Shown here piece after piece: positions 18,096 to 28,684 of a stretch of 32,000 nucleotides of DNA. Below the pieces are notes generated by a model that ran no database searches, was not told where the DNA came from, and saw only the letters and a program-made list of their open reading frames with translations. This DNA comes from Gemmata obscuriglobus (lineage in GTDB: Bacteria; Planctomycetota; Planctomycetia; Gemmatales; Gemmataceae). The stretch covers positions 4,800,001 to 4,832,000 of the forward strand of contig NZ_CP042911.1 of the NCBI RefSeq assembly GCF_008065095.1. Direction: 5' to 3'. The first letter of the stretch is position 1. Each line of letters begins with the position of its first letter. The position numbers were made by a program, and so were the translations under genes.

Positions 18096-19693
18096 GCATA
18101 CAAGTCGACTTCGGGCTAAAGGGCCGCAACCCGGACGTGCTGACGTGCATCGCGAACCTCTCCAATGACGAGGTGTTTACTCCGCCTACGTTCGCCAACC
18201 AGATGCTCGACACCCTGGAAGCGGCCTGGGCGTCAGACCACAACGGCGCAATCCTGTGGGCCGACCCGAAGGTTCGATTCCTCGACCCGTTCACCAAAAG
18301 CGGCGTTTTCCTGCGCGAAATCGCTAGTCGACTCATCAAGGGTTTAGAAGGGTTAATCCCAAACCTACAAGCGCGCGTCGATCACGTCCTGACGAAGCAG
18401 GTATTCGGCATCGCCATTACGCACCTGACGAGCTTGCTCGCGCGGCGCAGTCTGTACTGCTCAAAGCACGCAAACGGTAAGCACTCCGTTGCAAAGTCAT
18501 TCACCACTGACGCCGGCAACGTCTGGTTCGAGCGGGTCGAACACACCTGGCAAGGCGAAAAGTGCCGCTATTGCGGGGCCAACGAGCGCGACTACGAGCG
18601 GGGTGACGGCCTGGAGTCTCACGCCTACGCGCTGCTACACACTGACGATCCTAAATCGCGGCTGGCCGAGATATTCGGAGGGGACATGCAGTTCGATGTC
18701 ATCATCGGCAACCCACCTTACCAACTGGGCAGAGCGGCGGGGACTCTGTAGGCCGTTTTGCGATGCCGATCTATCAAAAGTTCGTTGAGGTCGCCAAGAG
18801 CCTTGACCCGCGATATGTGGTGATGGTCACCCCCTCACGCTGGTTCGCGGGCGGCCGTGGACTTGAGGAATTCAGGCGGGAGATGCTTTCTGATCGGCGT
18901 TTACGTTGCTTGATCGACTACCCGGACTCACGAGAGGTTTTTGCGGGCGTCGATATCGCTGGTGGGGTTTCCTATTTTCTGTGGGACTCGTCTTGGAACG
19001 GTAAGTGCGCCGTTACCAACATTTACGGCAGCATCGCCAGCCCGCCGCTCAGTCGCCACTTGGACGAGTACGACATCCTTGTCCGCTACAACGAAGCGAT
19101 CCCAATACTTGAAAAGGTTCTCTGCTCAACTTCTGATGGTGCATTTGAAAGCTTGTCGAGTCAAGTTGCACCGATTCAGCCTTTTAGCATCCGAACGAAT
19201 TATCGCGGTGAAACCAGTAGCGACGGGATGGTCAACCCAGTGCTCCTCTACCAGAACGGCGGCACCAGTTTCATCGAGCGCGGTGCGATTCCGCGAAACG
19301 CTGAGTGGGTCGATCAGTGGAAGGTGTTTCTGTCTGGAACCTCAGCCGAACACGGTGGACAGGCAGACAAGAATGGTACCCGGCGAGTCTTTTCTTTGAT
19401 TTTGATCGGCAAACCTGGGACAGCTTGCACTGAAACGTATCTTGTCGCAGGCCGATTCGACACCGAGGCTGAAGCTACGAACTTTCGTGCTTATCTCCGC
19501 ACGAGGTTTGTTCGATTTTTCGTTTCGCTCCGAACGAACACGCAGCACTTGTACAGCGAGCGATTCGCCTTCGTTCCACGGCTTCCGATGGACTGCGAAT
19601 GGACCGATGAAGCCCTGTATAAGAAGTACAGACTTACGCAAAGCGAGATCGCGTTCATCGAAAACGTGATCCGGCTGATGCCAGAGGGTGACG

Positions 19694-19701
<8 letters not shown>
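18092..19701 (+). pseudogene. Eco57I-family N6-adenine DNA methyltransferase (Mod-like), split by a frameshift just after the NPPY motif
   Basis: ORF 18092..18751 carries [33 protein letters not shown] (motif I) and [11 protein letters not shown] (motif IV), then stops at TAG 18749. ORF 18763..19701 (MPIYQKFVEVAKSLDPRYVVMVTPSRWFAGGRGLEEFRREML...) continues the same family 12 nt later in another frame. Confidence 0.8.
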
Positions 19702-22231
<2,530 letters not shown>

Positions 22232-22259
22232 AAAAGGGGAGCAGAGCGAAAATGCAAAA

Positions 22260-22293
22260 GGGACTAGAGGCAGCTCGTGTCGCCTCCAGTCCC
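22260..22293 (-). terminator. intrinsic terminator downstream of the tRNA fragment; also sits after the helicase gene
   Basis: GGGACTAGAGG (22260-22270) pairs with CCTCCAGTCCC (22283-22293). That is 11 bp with one G-U pair on the minus-strand RNA. On the minus strand it is followed by TTTTGCATTTTCGCT. Confidence 0.6.
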
Positions 22294-22313
22294 CTTGTGT
22301 CCATTCGTTCAGG

Positions 22314-22368
22314 TGGCCAAGGTGGGACTCGAACCCACACAGGTTGCCCCGCTCGATTTTGAGTCGCA
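22314..22368 (-). tRNA. 3' fragment of tRNA-Leu(CAA), from the anticodon stem to the discriminator; likely att remnant, not a functional gene
   Basis: The minus strand reads CGACTCAAAATCGAGCGGGGCAACCTGTGTGGGTTCGAGTCCCACCTTGGCCA. It shows anticodon loop CUCAAAA, a GNRA-capped long variable arm, T-arm GTGGG-TTCGAGT-CCCAC, and acceptor 3' strand CTTGGCC plus A. There is no D-arm and no matching 5' acceptor strand (GGCCAAG) upstream. Confidence 0.7.
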
Positions 22369-22459
22369 ATTAAGATCGTTGGAATTGCTTGTTTTTCAAG
22401 GGTTTCGTGGCAGTCGGGATCGGGAGGCGACTATTCAACCTCTTGCAGGAGACCCGACA

Positions 22460-23497
22460 ATGGCCCGTCAGAACGCCCCCTGGTATCGTGCGGTCCGGGA
22501 CTGCTGGTACGTGCGGTTCGAGGGCAAGTTGACCAGTCTCGGTGTGAAGGGGAAAGGGAACCAAGAGGCTGCGAAGGCGGCTTTCGAGAAGCTACGGACC
22601 ACACCCAAACCACCCCCGATTACCGCCGGACCCGTCCTTCTCCCCCAAGCGTTCGCTCAGTTTCTCGTGGCGTGCAAACTGTCCCGAAAACCGAACACGG
22701 TGGCCCGGTACGAGTACGACGCTGGGGATTTTGTCAACGACCACCCCACCCTGGAACCTGCTCAAGTGACAGCAGACCACATCCGACAGTGGCTCGCAGA
22801 TCTCGACGTGGGGCAGACCACCAAGGCCATTATGCTCAGGTCAGTGTCCGCGTTCTTCGGCTGGCTCGTGAAGGAAGACAAACTCGAAAAGAACCCCGTG
22901 AAGAAGGTGACCAGACCGAAGACAGCCAGCCGCTCGGACAAGGCCCTGATCTCGGAGGCGGACCACAAGCGGTTGCTGGAAGGGGCGAGCAGAGACTTCC
23001 GTGACGTGTTGGTGGTGCTCCACGGTACGGGGTGCAGGCCGGGGGAGTTGCAACAGATCACTGCCGAAACCTTCAACTACAAAGATCGTGTGGTGGTGAT
23101 TACGGAACACAAGACTGACCACACCGGAAAGCCCCGCCCAGTGTACCTCACTCCGGAACTGGCTGACCTGCTCCACAGCAAACTCGTCAAGTACCCCACC
23201 GGACCGCTGCTGAGGGGAAACAAGGGAGTGCCCTGGACCGGAAGAGCAATCACCGAGTCGATGAAGAAGTTGAGGAAGAAGACCGGGGTGAAGGCCATCG
23301 CTTACGGGTACAGGCACACGTTCGTAACTGACGGCTTGAAGTCCGGACTCAGTAACTCCCAAGTGGCCGCTCTGGTCGGGCACACCACAACGGCAGTGAT
23401 CGATCGGTTCTACAGCCACTTGGGAGCAGCAGGGGACGCTCTGAGGGCAGCATTGAAATTCCGCGAGAAGCCCAAACCGGACGATCAAGCAGCGTAG
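22460..23497 (+). CDS. tyrosine-type site-specific integrase
   Basis: ATG 22460 with AGGAG 8 nt upstream. It has an N-terminal SAM-like domain (KAIMLRSVSAFFGWLVKEDKLEKNP). Catalytic residues lie in HGTGCRPGEL (R), YGYRHTFVTD (HxxR) and LVGHTTTAVIDRFYSH (H, Y). Confidence 0.9.
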   Translation: MARQNAPWYRAVRDCWYVRFEGKLTSLGVKGKGNQEAAKAAFEKLRTTPKPPPITAGPVLLPQAFAQFLVACKLSRKPNTVARYEYDAGDFVNDHPTLEPAQVTADHIRQWLADLDVGQTTKAIMLRSVSAFFGWLVKEDKLEKNPVKKVTRPKTASRSDKALISEADHKRLLEGASRDFRDVLVVLHGTGCRPGELQQITAETFNYKDRVVVITEHKTDHTGKPRPVYLTPELADLLHSKLVKYPTGPLLRGNKGVPWTGRAITESMKKLRKKTGVKAIAYGYRHTFVTDGLKSGLSNSQVAALVGHTTTAVIDRFYSHLGAAGDALRAALKFREKPKPDDQAA

Positions 23498-23505
23498 TGA
23501 AAGAG

Positions 23506-23539
23506 CCCAGGCCAGGACGGTCTGGGTTTCTTTGTTTCT
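23506..23539 (+). terminator. intrinsic terminator after the integrase gene
   Basis: CCCAGGCC (23506-23513) pairs with GGTCTGGG (23519-23526), with one G-U pair. The stem is followed by TTTCTTTGTTTCT. Confidence 0.6.
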
Positions 23540-23610
23540 GGTAGAGAAGACCCGCAACCCGGAGGCAGCGGTCGAAAAAATCGATCATGGGTACTTCCGG
23601 AACCAAGCTC

Positions 23611-24291
23611 TTACCCTTTTGTAGGATTCGCCAAATCGAGCCACAACTTAAACGCCCGAGGGGAGTAGTCAGACTCAGCGAGAATATCGAAGTGTCTAAT
23701 AGCCCAAAACACCATCTGGCATCCTATCAGAGTCGGCAAAACAACATTAGTAATCATTAACCATGTTTGTAGCCAGACTTCAACACCAACTGAACCGAGA
23801 AATTCAATAACCTTGTCGTGTTTTGGATCGGGATGAAACACCTCACCATTAAGAAAGGCGTCAAGAATTTCATGCCCATCCAGTTCCTGTAGCACCTGAC
23901 CTCCTGAGTCCAAACGCCGCAGAGTCACTACAGCAGCATCTCCTTTCATTTTTGGCAAGGCTTCTCTTCTTACGTATGAAGTGAGTTCTCTTAGTTTCAA
24001 GTCATTCGAGCACTCCTCCAGAACATCAACAATCTTTTCCAGATTGAGTGACGGCTTGTCGCTTTTGGCCCATCCTACTTGGCGATACAGAGTTAGAAAT
24101 GACCGATAATCCTCAATATCATAAGTAGAGTGGGTTGTCCGCTCCCCTTCCGGCTTGCTTGCGTCACTAGCGATCGTGTGCGACTGACTCGTGATAGCCA
24201 CCCCAAACCGACAGAGGAGCATTTCGCTTACGACTTTCACGAACTTTCTAAGTTGGTAGTGCGATTTGTGAACGCTCGATACTAACGCCAT
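23611..24291 (-). CDS. orphan hypothetical protein, strongly AT-shifted composition, C-terminal hydrophobic segment
   Basis: The ORF 23611..24321 is open. ATG 24291 (MALVSSVHKSHYQL...) is preferred over TTG 24321. I recognise no motif. The hydrophobic stretch VWLQTWLMITNVVLPTLIGCQMVFWAI lies near the C-terminus. Hand-counted GC of two 60-nt lines is 43-48%. Confidence 0.55.
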   Translation of the reverse strand: MALVSSVHKSHYQLRKFVKVVSEMLLCRFGVAITSQSHTIASDASKPEGERTTHSTYDIEDYRSFLTLYRQVGWAKSDKPSLNLEKIVDVLEECSNDLKLRELTSYVRREALPKMKGDAAVVTLRRLDSGGQVLQELDGHEILDAFLNGEVFHPDPKHDKVIEFLGSVGVEVWLQTWLMITNVVLPTLIGCQMVFWAIRHFDILAESDYSPRAFKLWLDLANPTKG

Positions 24292-24446
24292 CGTAAAGAA
24301 CTCCGAGAAGTAGCTAAGCAACAGAGAGTGCCAACTCCAGCCTCAGCATTACACCATCATCGATCTAACAAATACACTAGCCTCTTTCGTGGAAACTGGC
24401 CCAAAAAGAGGGGCATGTTCTTTCGGCGAGACGTGCATTTCCAGAA

Positions 24447-24457
24447 GGGGGGGGGGG
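24447..24457. repeat. G11 homopolymer tract
   Basis: There are eleven consecutive G at 24447-24457 (AGAAGGGGGGGGGGGATAG). The tract lies in the intergenic region about 125-165 nt upstream of the AT-rich orphan gene on the minus strand. Confidence 0.95.
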
Positions 24458-24746
24458 ATAGAGAACGCCTCTCGCCCCCACAACACCCATAGGTTTCAAC
24501 GCTGGGCTCTGACCGCAAGCCACAAGAATCTTACACAAATCATTACGAAAATTGCACTTGCGATTATTTTCAGGAAAGTACCCAGAATCTTTACTCACCC
24601 TGTATTCCACCCACTCTCAGATACAGAAGTAAGCAACCGGCCCTCTGCCCCGTTTCCTCTTTCTTGTCCCCAGCGAGCACCCAACCGCTGCTGCCCACCA
24701 CGACCACACAGGACAGTAACGCTCGCGTCGAGTTCTCCCGTCGAGG

Positions 24747-25358
24747 TTACTTCTTGCCGGGGGTGAAGGATTTCAACTCCTGCGGAACACAGCCATCCAG
24801 GTCGTAATGCACCTTGACCGGCCCGATCCCACGAGCGTACCAAAAGACGTTATTTCGAGGAGGGTCAATAGCTTTCCCGTTGAGTTCGGTGACTTTGACC
24901 GTGACGTTGGTCGCCAGGAACGTTCCCGCGGGCACCTTCACCTTTTCTGTCCGACCCACGGTAGCACGACCGGTCTGAGCAACGAAATTGTCTTGAAGTT
25001 GATGCTTCACGTCCCAAGAATCGTCGGCCCGAACGGGGAAACGAAGCAGCATCTCGTCAACTCGTGTCGTGGTCAACTTCCGGTAGATCACGTTGCTGCC
25101 GGACACCTCATAAGTCAGTTCCCACGGCTTGTCCACAGTGCTCATCTGCACCCGCACGGTCAGCAGCTTGCTCGTGGGCAAATCCTCGACCTCTACAATC
25201 TCTTCAACGCGATCCACGCATTTCACATCAAACACCCACTTCGTCCCCACCTCTGTCGGCCAGAACGGTTCGTCTTTCATGAGGTGCTTGGGAACGGGTG
25301 CAGCCTCCACCGCGGGCAGAACAGCGAGGACGATCGCAGCCAGTGGAATCCACCGCAT
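24747..25358 (-). CDS. secreted hypothetical protein, paralog 1 (ends LKSFTPGKK)
   Basis: ATG 25358 with AGGAGG 5 nt upstream. The signal peptide is MRWIPLAAIVLAVLPAVEAAPVPK. It shares FWPTEVGTKWVFD, VKVPAGTF, WYARGIGPVK and LKSFTPGKK with the 28805..29362 product. Confidence 0.7.
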   Translation of the reverse strand: MRWIPLAAIVLAVLPAVEAAPVPKHLMKDEPFWPTEVGTKWVFDVKCVDRVEEIVEVEDLPTSKLLTVRVQMSTVDKPWELTYEVSGSNVIYRKLTTTRVDEMLLRFPVRADDSWDVKHQLQDNFVAQTGRATVGRTEKVKVPAGTFLATNVTVKVTELNGKAIDPPRNNVFWYARGIGPVKVHYDLDGCVPQELKSFTPGKK

Positions 25359-25444
25359 GGGAACCTCCTGAAAGACCTCAATAGCGTACCCGAGCCGCCG
25401 TCCGACCTCCACCGAAATCGCCTGCACAGCCCTTCTCGCCCCTC

Positions 25445-25483
25445 CCCCTACCTTTCTCCCAAGACCTACTTGCATCTCAATCC
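25445..25483 (-). repeat. 38-bp motif copy A (faces paralog 1 gene)
   Basis: The minus strand reads GGATTGAGATGCAAGTAGGTCTTGGGAGAAAGGTAGGGG. It lies 86 nt upstream of ATG 25358. Confidence 0.85.
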
Positions 25484-25581
25484 TCGACGATAGCCAACTC
25501 ACCCTCACCCGATCGGTAGTTTAGCCCGACCCGTACTGACGGAGTGGAGTGTGTAAACGGGAGTGGAGGACTGAGAGAAGA

Positions 25582-25620
25582 GGGTCGAGATGCAAGTAGG
25601 AGTTGGAGGAAAGATAGTAG
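25582..25620 (+). repeat. 38-bp motif copy B (inverted partner of A, 98-bp spacer)
   Basis: GGGTCGAGATGCAAGTAGGAGTTGGAGGAAAGATAGTAG. It lies 50 nt from the stop of the minus-strand gene 25671..26054. Confidence 0.8.
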
Positions 25621-25670
25621 CGAGGGCGTGAGATGTGTTGGTGCGTCTGAACAGCCAGCCCGTCTGTAGG

Positions 25671-26054
25671 TCAAGTGTGTTTGCGGTCTGCCGGCTTGAG
25701 TACCTGTAAAGCATCCCGGATCTGAGTCAGCTTCTGCGGGCCGAACTCGATGATGAGGTTGCGGATGGCTTCCGGGATTTCGCTGCTGGTGGCGGTGCAG
25801 AGGTCGTCCAGGATCTGGCGATGAACCGGACCGAGCCCGACCGCAACTCCCCTCTTCCGGAGCGTGTAGTAGAAGGTGAGGATTCGCCGGATGCCATCGG
25901 CCGGAAGCTCGTCGTGGGCCATGCAGTCTTCAATGAACTCGATGGCCGTGTCCACGTCGAGCCGGGTGGTGTACTGCGAGGAGGCGGTGGTGCCGGCTTC
26001 CTGCTTCTTCTTGAGCGATTCCAGGTGGCCGATCATTTCGGTGTTCCGCGGCAC
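25671..26054 (-). CDS. hypothetical protein
   Basis: ORF 25671..26111. GTG 26054 is preferred because AGGAG lies 7 nt upstream. ATG 26036 and TTG 26111 are alternatives. The sequence is protein-like (IGHLESLKKKQEAG...RRILTFYYTLRKRG...) and I recognise no motif. Confidence 0.5.
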   Translation of the reverse strand: MPRNTEMIGHLESLKKKQEAGTTASSQYTTRLDVDTAIEFIEDCMAHDELPADGIRRILTFYYTLRKRGVAVGLGPVHRQILDDLCTATSSEIPEAIRNLIIEFGPQKLTQIRDALQVLKPADRKHT

Positions 26055-26156
26055 GGCCAATCTCCTGGTGCGGAAGGGCTCAGGCCATAAACCTACTAGA
26101 ATTTTCAACACCAGTCAAGTCGCTCCCCTTCAACCGAATCCAGGGGAAGAGGCCAA

Positions 26157-26822
26157 TCACTCGCTGAGGGCGTCGATCAAGTCCTTGAGTTCGTCCGCAG
26201 AGTACGTCGCCAGCAGCGATTTCAGGGTCCGCACCACGGCGAGTGTCGAACTGCCTCCGGGCTCTGAAGTCTGGGGAGCAGCTTTGGGAGAGGGTGCAGG
26301 AACTCGGGCCGGGGTAGAGGTCGGAGGGGCCGGCGACTTCCCTTCGCTCCACTCCTTCTTGACCACCTGCTTGTACGTGCTGAAGTTATTGGGGCTGATC
26401 TCAACCCCGTACTCCTTGGCGAGCAGGGGAACTCCGGTGCTGGCGGTCAGGTCGGGGTTGGCTCGCAGGGCGGCTCGGACGGCATCCATCTTCGACATCG
26501 TACTCACAGGTTTGGTCTCCGGTTGGGGTGCAGGTGTTACAGAAGGGGGTTCTTCGGTCTCAGGCTCTTCACTCAGTAGTCCGAAACTGGGTGGCACGGG
26601 TGCGGGTTCTGATTTCGGAGTGGCGGCAGCAGAGGGGGTGTAACTCTTACCCATCGAGCGGATCTGTGCGGGTGGTGGCTCTTCGTACCGCTGCTTGGCC
26701 GGCTTTTCAAGATCTGCGTCTTCCGTTTGTCCGCCCCACAACCCCGTCTCGAACCCGAACTCGTCCCGCTCGACCTTCTTCTTGGGTGGAGGGGGTGAGG
26801 GTTGCCGTTTGCCCTTAGCCAT
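26157..26822 (-). CDS. Pro/Glu-rich hypothetical protein, divergent from the serine recombinase
   Basis: ATG 26822 with GGAG 6 nt upstream. Low-complexity P/E/S linkers flank two small helical-looking modules, MSKMDAVRAALRANPDLTASTGVPLLAKEYGVEISPNNFSTYKQVVKK and LAVVRTLKSLLATYSADELKDLIDALSE. Confidence 0.6.
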   Translation of the reverse strand: MAKGKRQPSPPPPKKKVERDEFGFETGLWGGQTEDADLEKPAKQRYEEPPPAQIRSMGKSYTPSAAATPKSEPAPVPPSFGLLSEEPETEEPPSVTPAPQPETKPVSTMSKMDAVRAALRANPDLTASTGVPLLAKEYGVEISPNNFSTYKQVVKKEWSEGKSPAPPTSTPARVPAPSPKAAPQTSEPGGSSTLAVVRTLKSLLATYSADELKDLIDALSE

Positions 26823-27099
26823 CAGATCTCCATTGCGGGGCTGTAGCCTCTGCTAACACTCTAAACACAAAAACTGAGATGGTCAAGGAAGTGGAAGTGG
26901 AGAAGCGTTTTATCCCGAACCGGGCACCCGACGATCGACCCCGACCTTATAATCGACCGATTCCCAATACCATTCGGCGAGAGGAAGTCGCGGGAAGACA
27001 CGAGGTTATCAAGCAGGCCCAAGAATTCCACTCGCACCGCATTGAGATTGATATCACTTTTATATCCTACCAGGAGCCCATCCCCTATCAGGTAGTTCC

Positions 27100-28653
27100 A
27101 TGCGTAAGGCTTTCTCCTACGTTCGCTTCTCCACCCCCGATCAGGCTAAGGGAGACTCTTTCCGCCGTCAAACCGAGTTCAGTCAGAAGTACGCGGAGAA
27201 GCACGGGCTGACCTTGGACGAGAGCACTTCCATTCGGGATCTCGGGGCGTCTGCTTTCCGTGGGTCGAACGTCAAGGAGGGGGCTCTGGCTGCTTTTCTC
27301 GAACTGGCTCGGTCGGGGAAAGTGCCTGTGGGATCGGTGCTGATTGTCGAGTCGCTGGACCGCCTGTCGAGGGATCAAATCCGCCCAGCCTTGCAATTGT
27401 TCTTGAGCATCTTGGACTCTGGTGTATCGATCGTCACCGTTCATCCCGAGCGAGAGTACACACCTGCTGACCAAGATCCCATGACCCTGATCGAGCCTCT
27501 GATCTACTTCTCCCGAGCCCACGAAGAGTCGGCCACCAAGAGCAAACGGATCAGCGAGAACTGGGAGCAGAAGCGAAAAGCCGCAGTCGAGAAGAAGACC
27601 CCGATGACTTCCGTTTGCCCCAAGTGGCTGGAGGTGAAAGAGGGGAAGTTCGTACCGGTGCCCGAGCGGGTCGAGTTGGTCAAGAGGATTTTCAGACTGA
27701 CTCTGGAGGGGATGGGCACTTATTTCGTGATTAAGAAGCTGACCGAAGAGGGGATCAAGGGTTGGGGGCGAAACGGGAAGTGGAATACAGCCTACGTGCG
27801 AATGATCCTGGTCGATCGTCGGGTGTTGGGAGAGTACCAACCGAAGAAGTTGGTCGAGGGGAAGATGCAGAATCATGGGGAGCGGATACTGGACTACTTC
27901 CCTCGCGTGATTTCGGATCAGGACTTCTACGCGGCTCTTGGAACGATCAAGAAGCGGAAGGGTAAGGCTGGTAGGGGAGGAGCTTTCAGGGAGAACGTGC
28001 TGTCAGGTCTGGTGTACAACGCTGAGGACGGAAGCTCGATGGCCTACGGAACTCACCGCCACCTCAAACCCTTCCTGAGCAGTACTGCGAGTTACAACAG
28101 CACCCCTCACCCGAAAGGCCGATCGTTCCCGTACCAATTGGTGGAGGAGGCGGTTCTGTCACTGCTCCCCGAGTTGCAGGTCACGACAGAAGCGGCTTTC
28201 GGCTGCGTGGATCGAATTGCGGAGTTGGAGGGGCGTATCGGCGAACTGAACGTGAAGATCGAGAAATTATCAACCTCATTGATGAACTGCCCAGCGGTGG
28301 CCTTTGACGAGCTACTCACCGTATTTGAGGCACTCGGCAGGGAGCGGAAGGAACTGGGGAAACAACTGGAGCAGGAGAAGCGGGCAGCAGAAGCACGAGC
28401 ACCACAACCGCCCGTCGAGCCAAAGACGCTGATTGAGGTTCGCAGGGCATCAGTGGGGGAGTGCCGGAAGTGGCTGAATGCAAAACTGCGTAACGGAATA
28501 CAGGTGCTGGTCGAACGCATCACCATACGGATCGAGAAGCGGTCGCGGGTCGAGAAGGCGGCACGCATTGAGGTCAAACTCAAAAGTGGGGAGTGCCGAT
28601 CGTCCACCGTGCTTCACCCACCCCCACCGCTCCAGACAGAGGCGAGAGTCTAG
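27100..28653 (+). CDS. large serine recombinase (517 aa)
   Basis: MRKAFSYVRFSTPDQAKGDSFRRQ carries the catalytic Ser motif and LIVESLDRLSRD belongs to the resolvase domain. A recombinase-domain region follows (KRISENWEQKR...CPKWL...YFVIKKLTEEGIKGWG...WNTAYVRMIL) and then a C-terminal coiled coil (ELEGRIGELNVKIEKL). Confidence 0.9.
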   Translation: MRKAFSYVRFSTPDQAKGDSFRRQTEFSQKYAEKHGLTLDESTSIRDLGASAFRGSNVKEGALAAFLELARSGKVPVGSVLIVESLDRLSRDQIRPALQLFLSILDSGVSIVTVHPEREYTPADQDPMTLIEPLIYFSRAHEESATKSKRISENWEQKRKAAVEKKTPMTSVCPKWLEVKEGKFVPVPERVELVKRIFRLTLEGMGTYFVIKKLTEEGIKGWGRNGKWNTAYVRMILVDRRVLGEYQPKKLVEGKMQNHGERILDYFPRVISDQDFYAALGTIKKRKGKAGRGGAFRENVLSGLVYNAEDGSSMAYGTHRHLKPFLSSTASYNSTPHPKGRSFPYQLVEEAVLSLLPELQVTTEAAFGCVDRIAELEGRIGELNVKIEKLSTSLMNCPAVAFDELLTVFEALGRERKELGKQLEQEKRAAEARAPQPPVEPKTLIEVRRASVGECRKWLNAKLRNGIQVLVERITIRIEKRSRVEKAARIEVKLKSGECRSSTVLHPPPPLQTEARV

Positions 28654-28684
28654 ATGCAAGTAGGTGTTGGGAGAAACGTATGGG
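28646..28684 (+). repeat. 38-bp motif copy C (overlaps the recombinase stop codon, faces paralog 2 gene)
   Basis: GAGTCTAGATGCAAGTAGGTGTTGGGAGAAACGTATGGG. The TAG at 28651-28653 is the recombinase stop. The copy lies 120 nt upstream of ATG 28805. Confidence 0.85.

Noticed and set aside
22314-22400. A complete tRNA gene on the minus strand.
   Set aside because: The T-arm, variable arm and anticodon loop are clear. However, there is no D-arm, the 5' half of the anticodon stem does not pair, and no GGCCAAG acceptor strand exists upstream. It is called a 3' fragment instead.
25876-26643. 255-aa plus-strand ORF downstream of motif copy B.
   Set aside because: Its Ser/Gly/Ala-rich product looks like an antisense translation. 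The minus-strand ORFs 25671..26054 and 26157..26822 have SD sequences and protein-like composition. Copy B therefore has no convincing gene in front of it.
26879-27211. 110-aa plus-strand ORF in the divergent intergenic region, overlapping the recombinase start.
   Set aside because: It overlaps the first 37 codons of the serine recombinase in another frame and has no SD. Its ATG coincides with the weak motif-like sequence at 26876, which I report separately as a possible degenerate copy.
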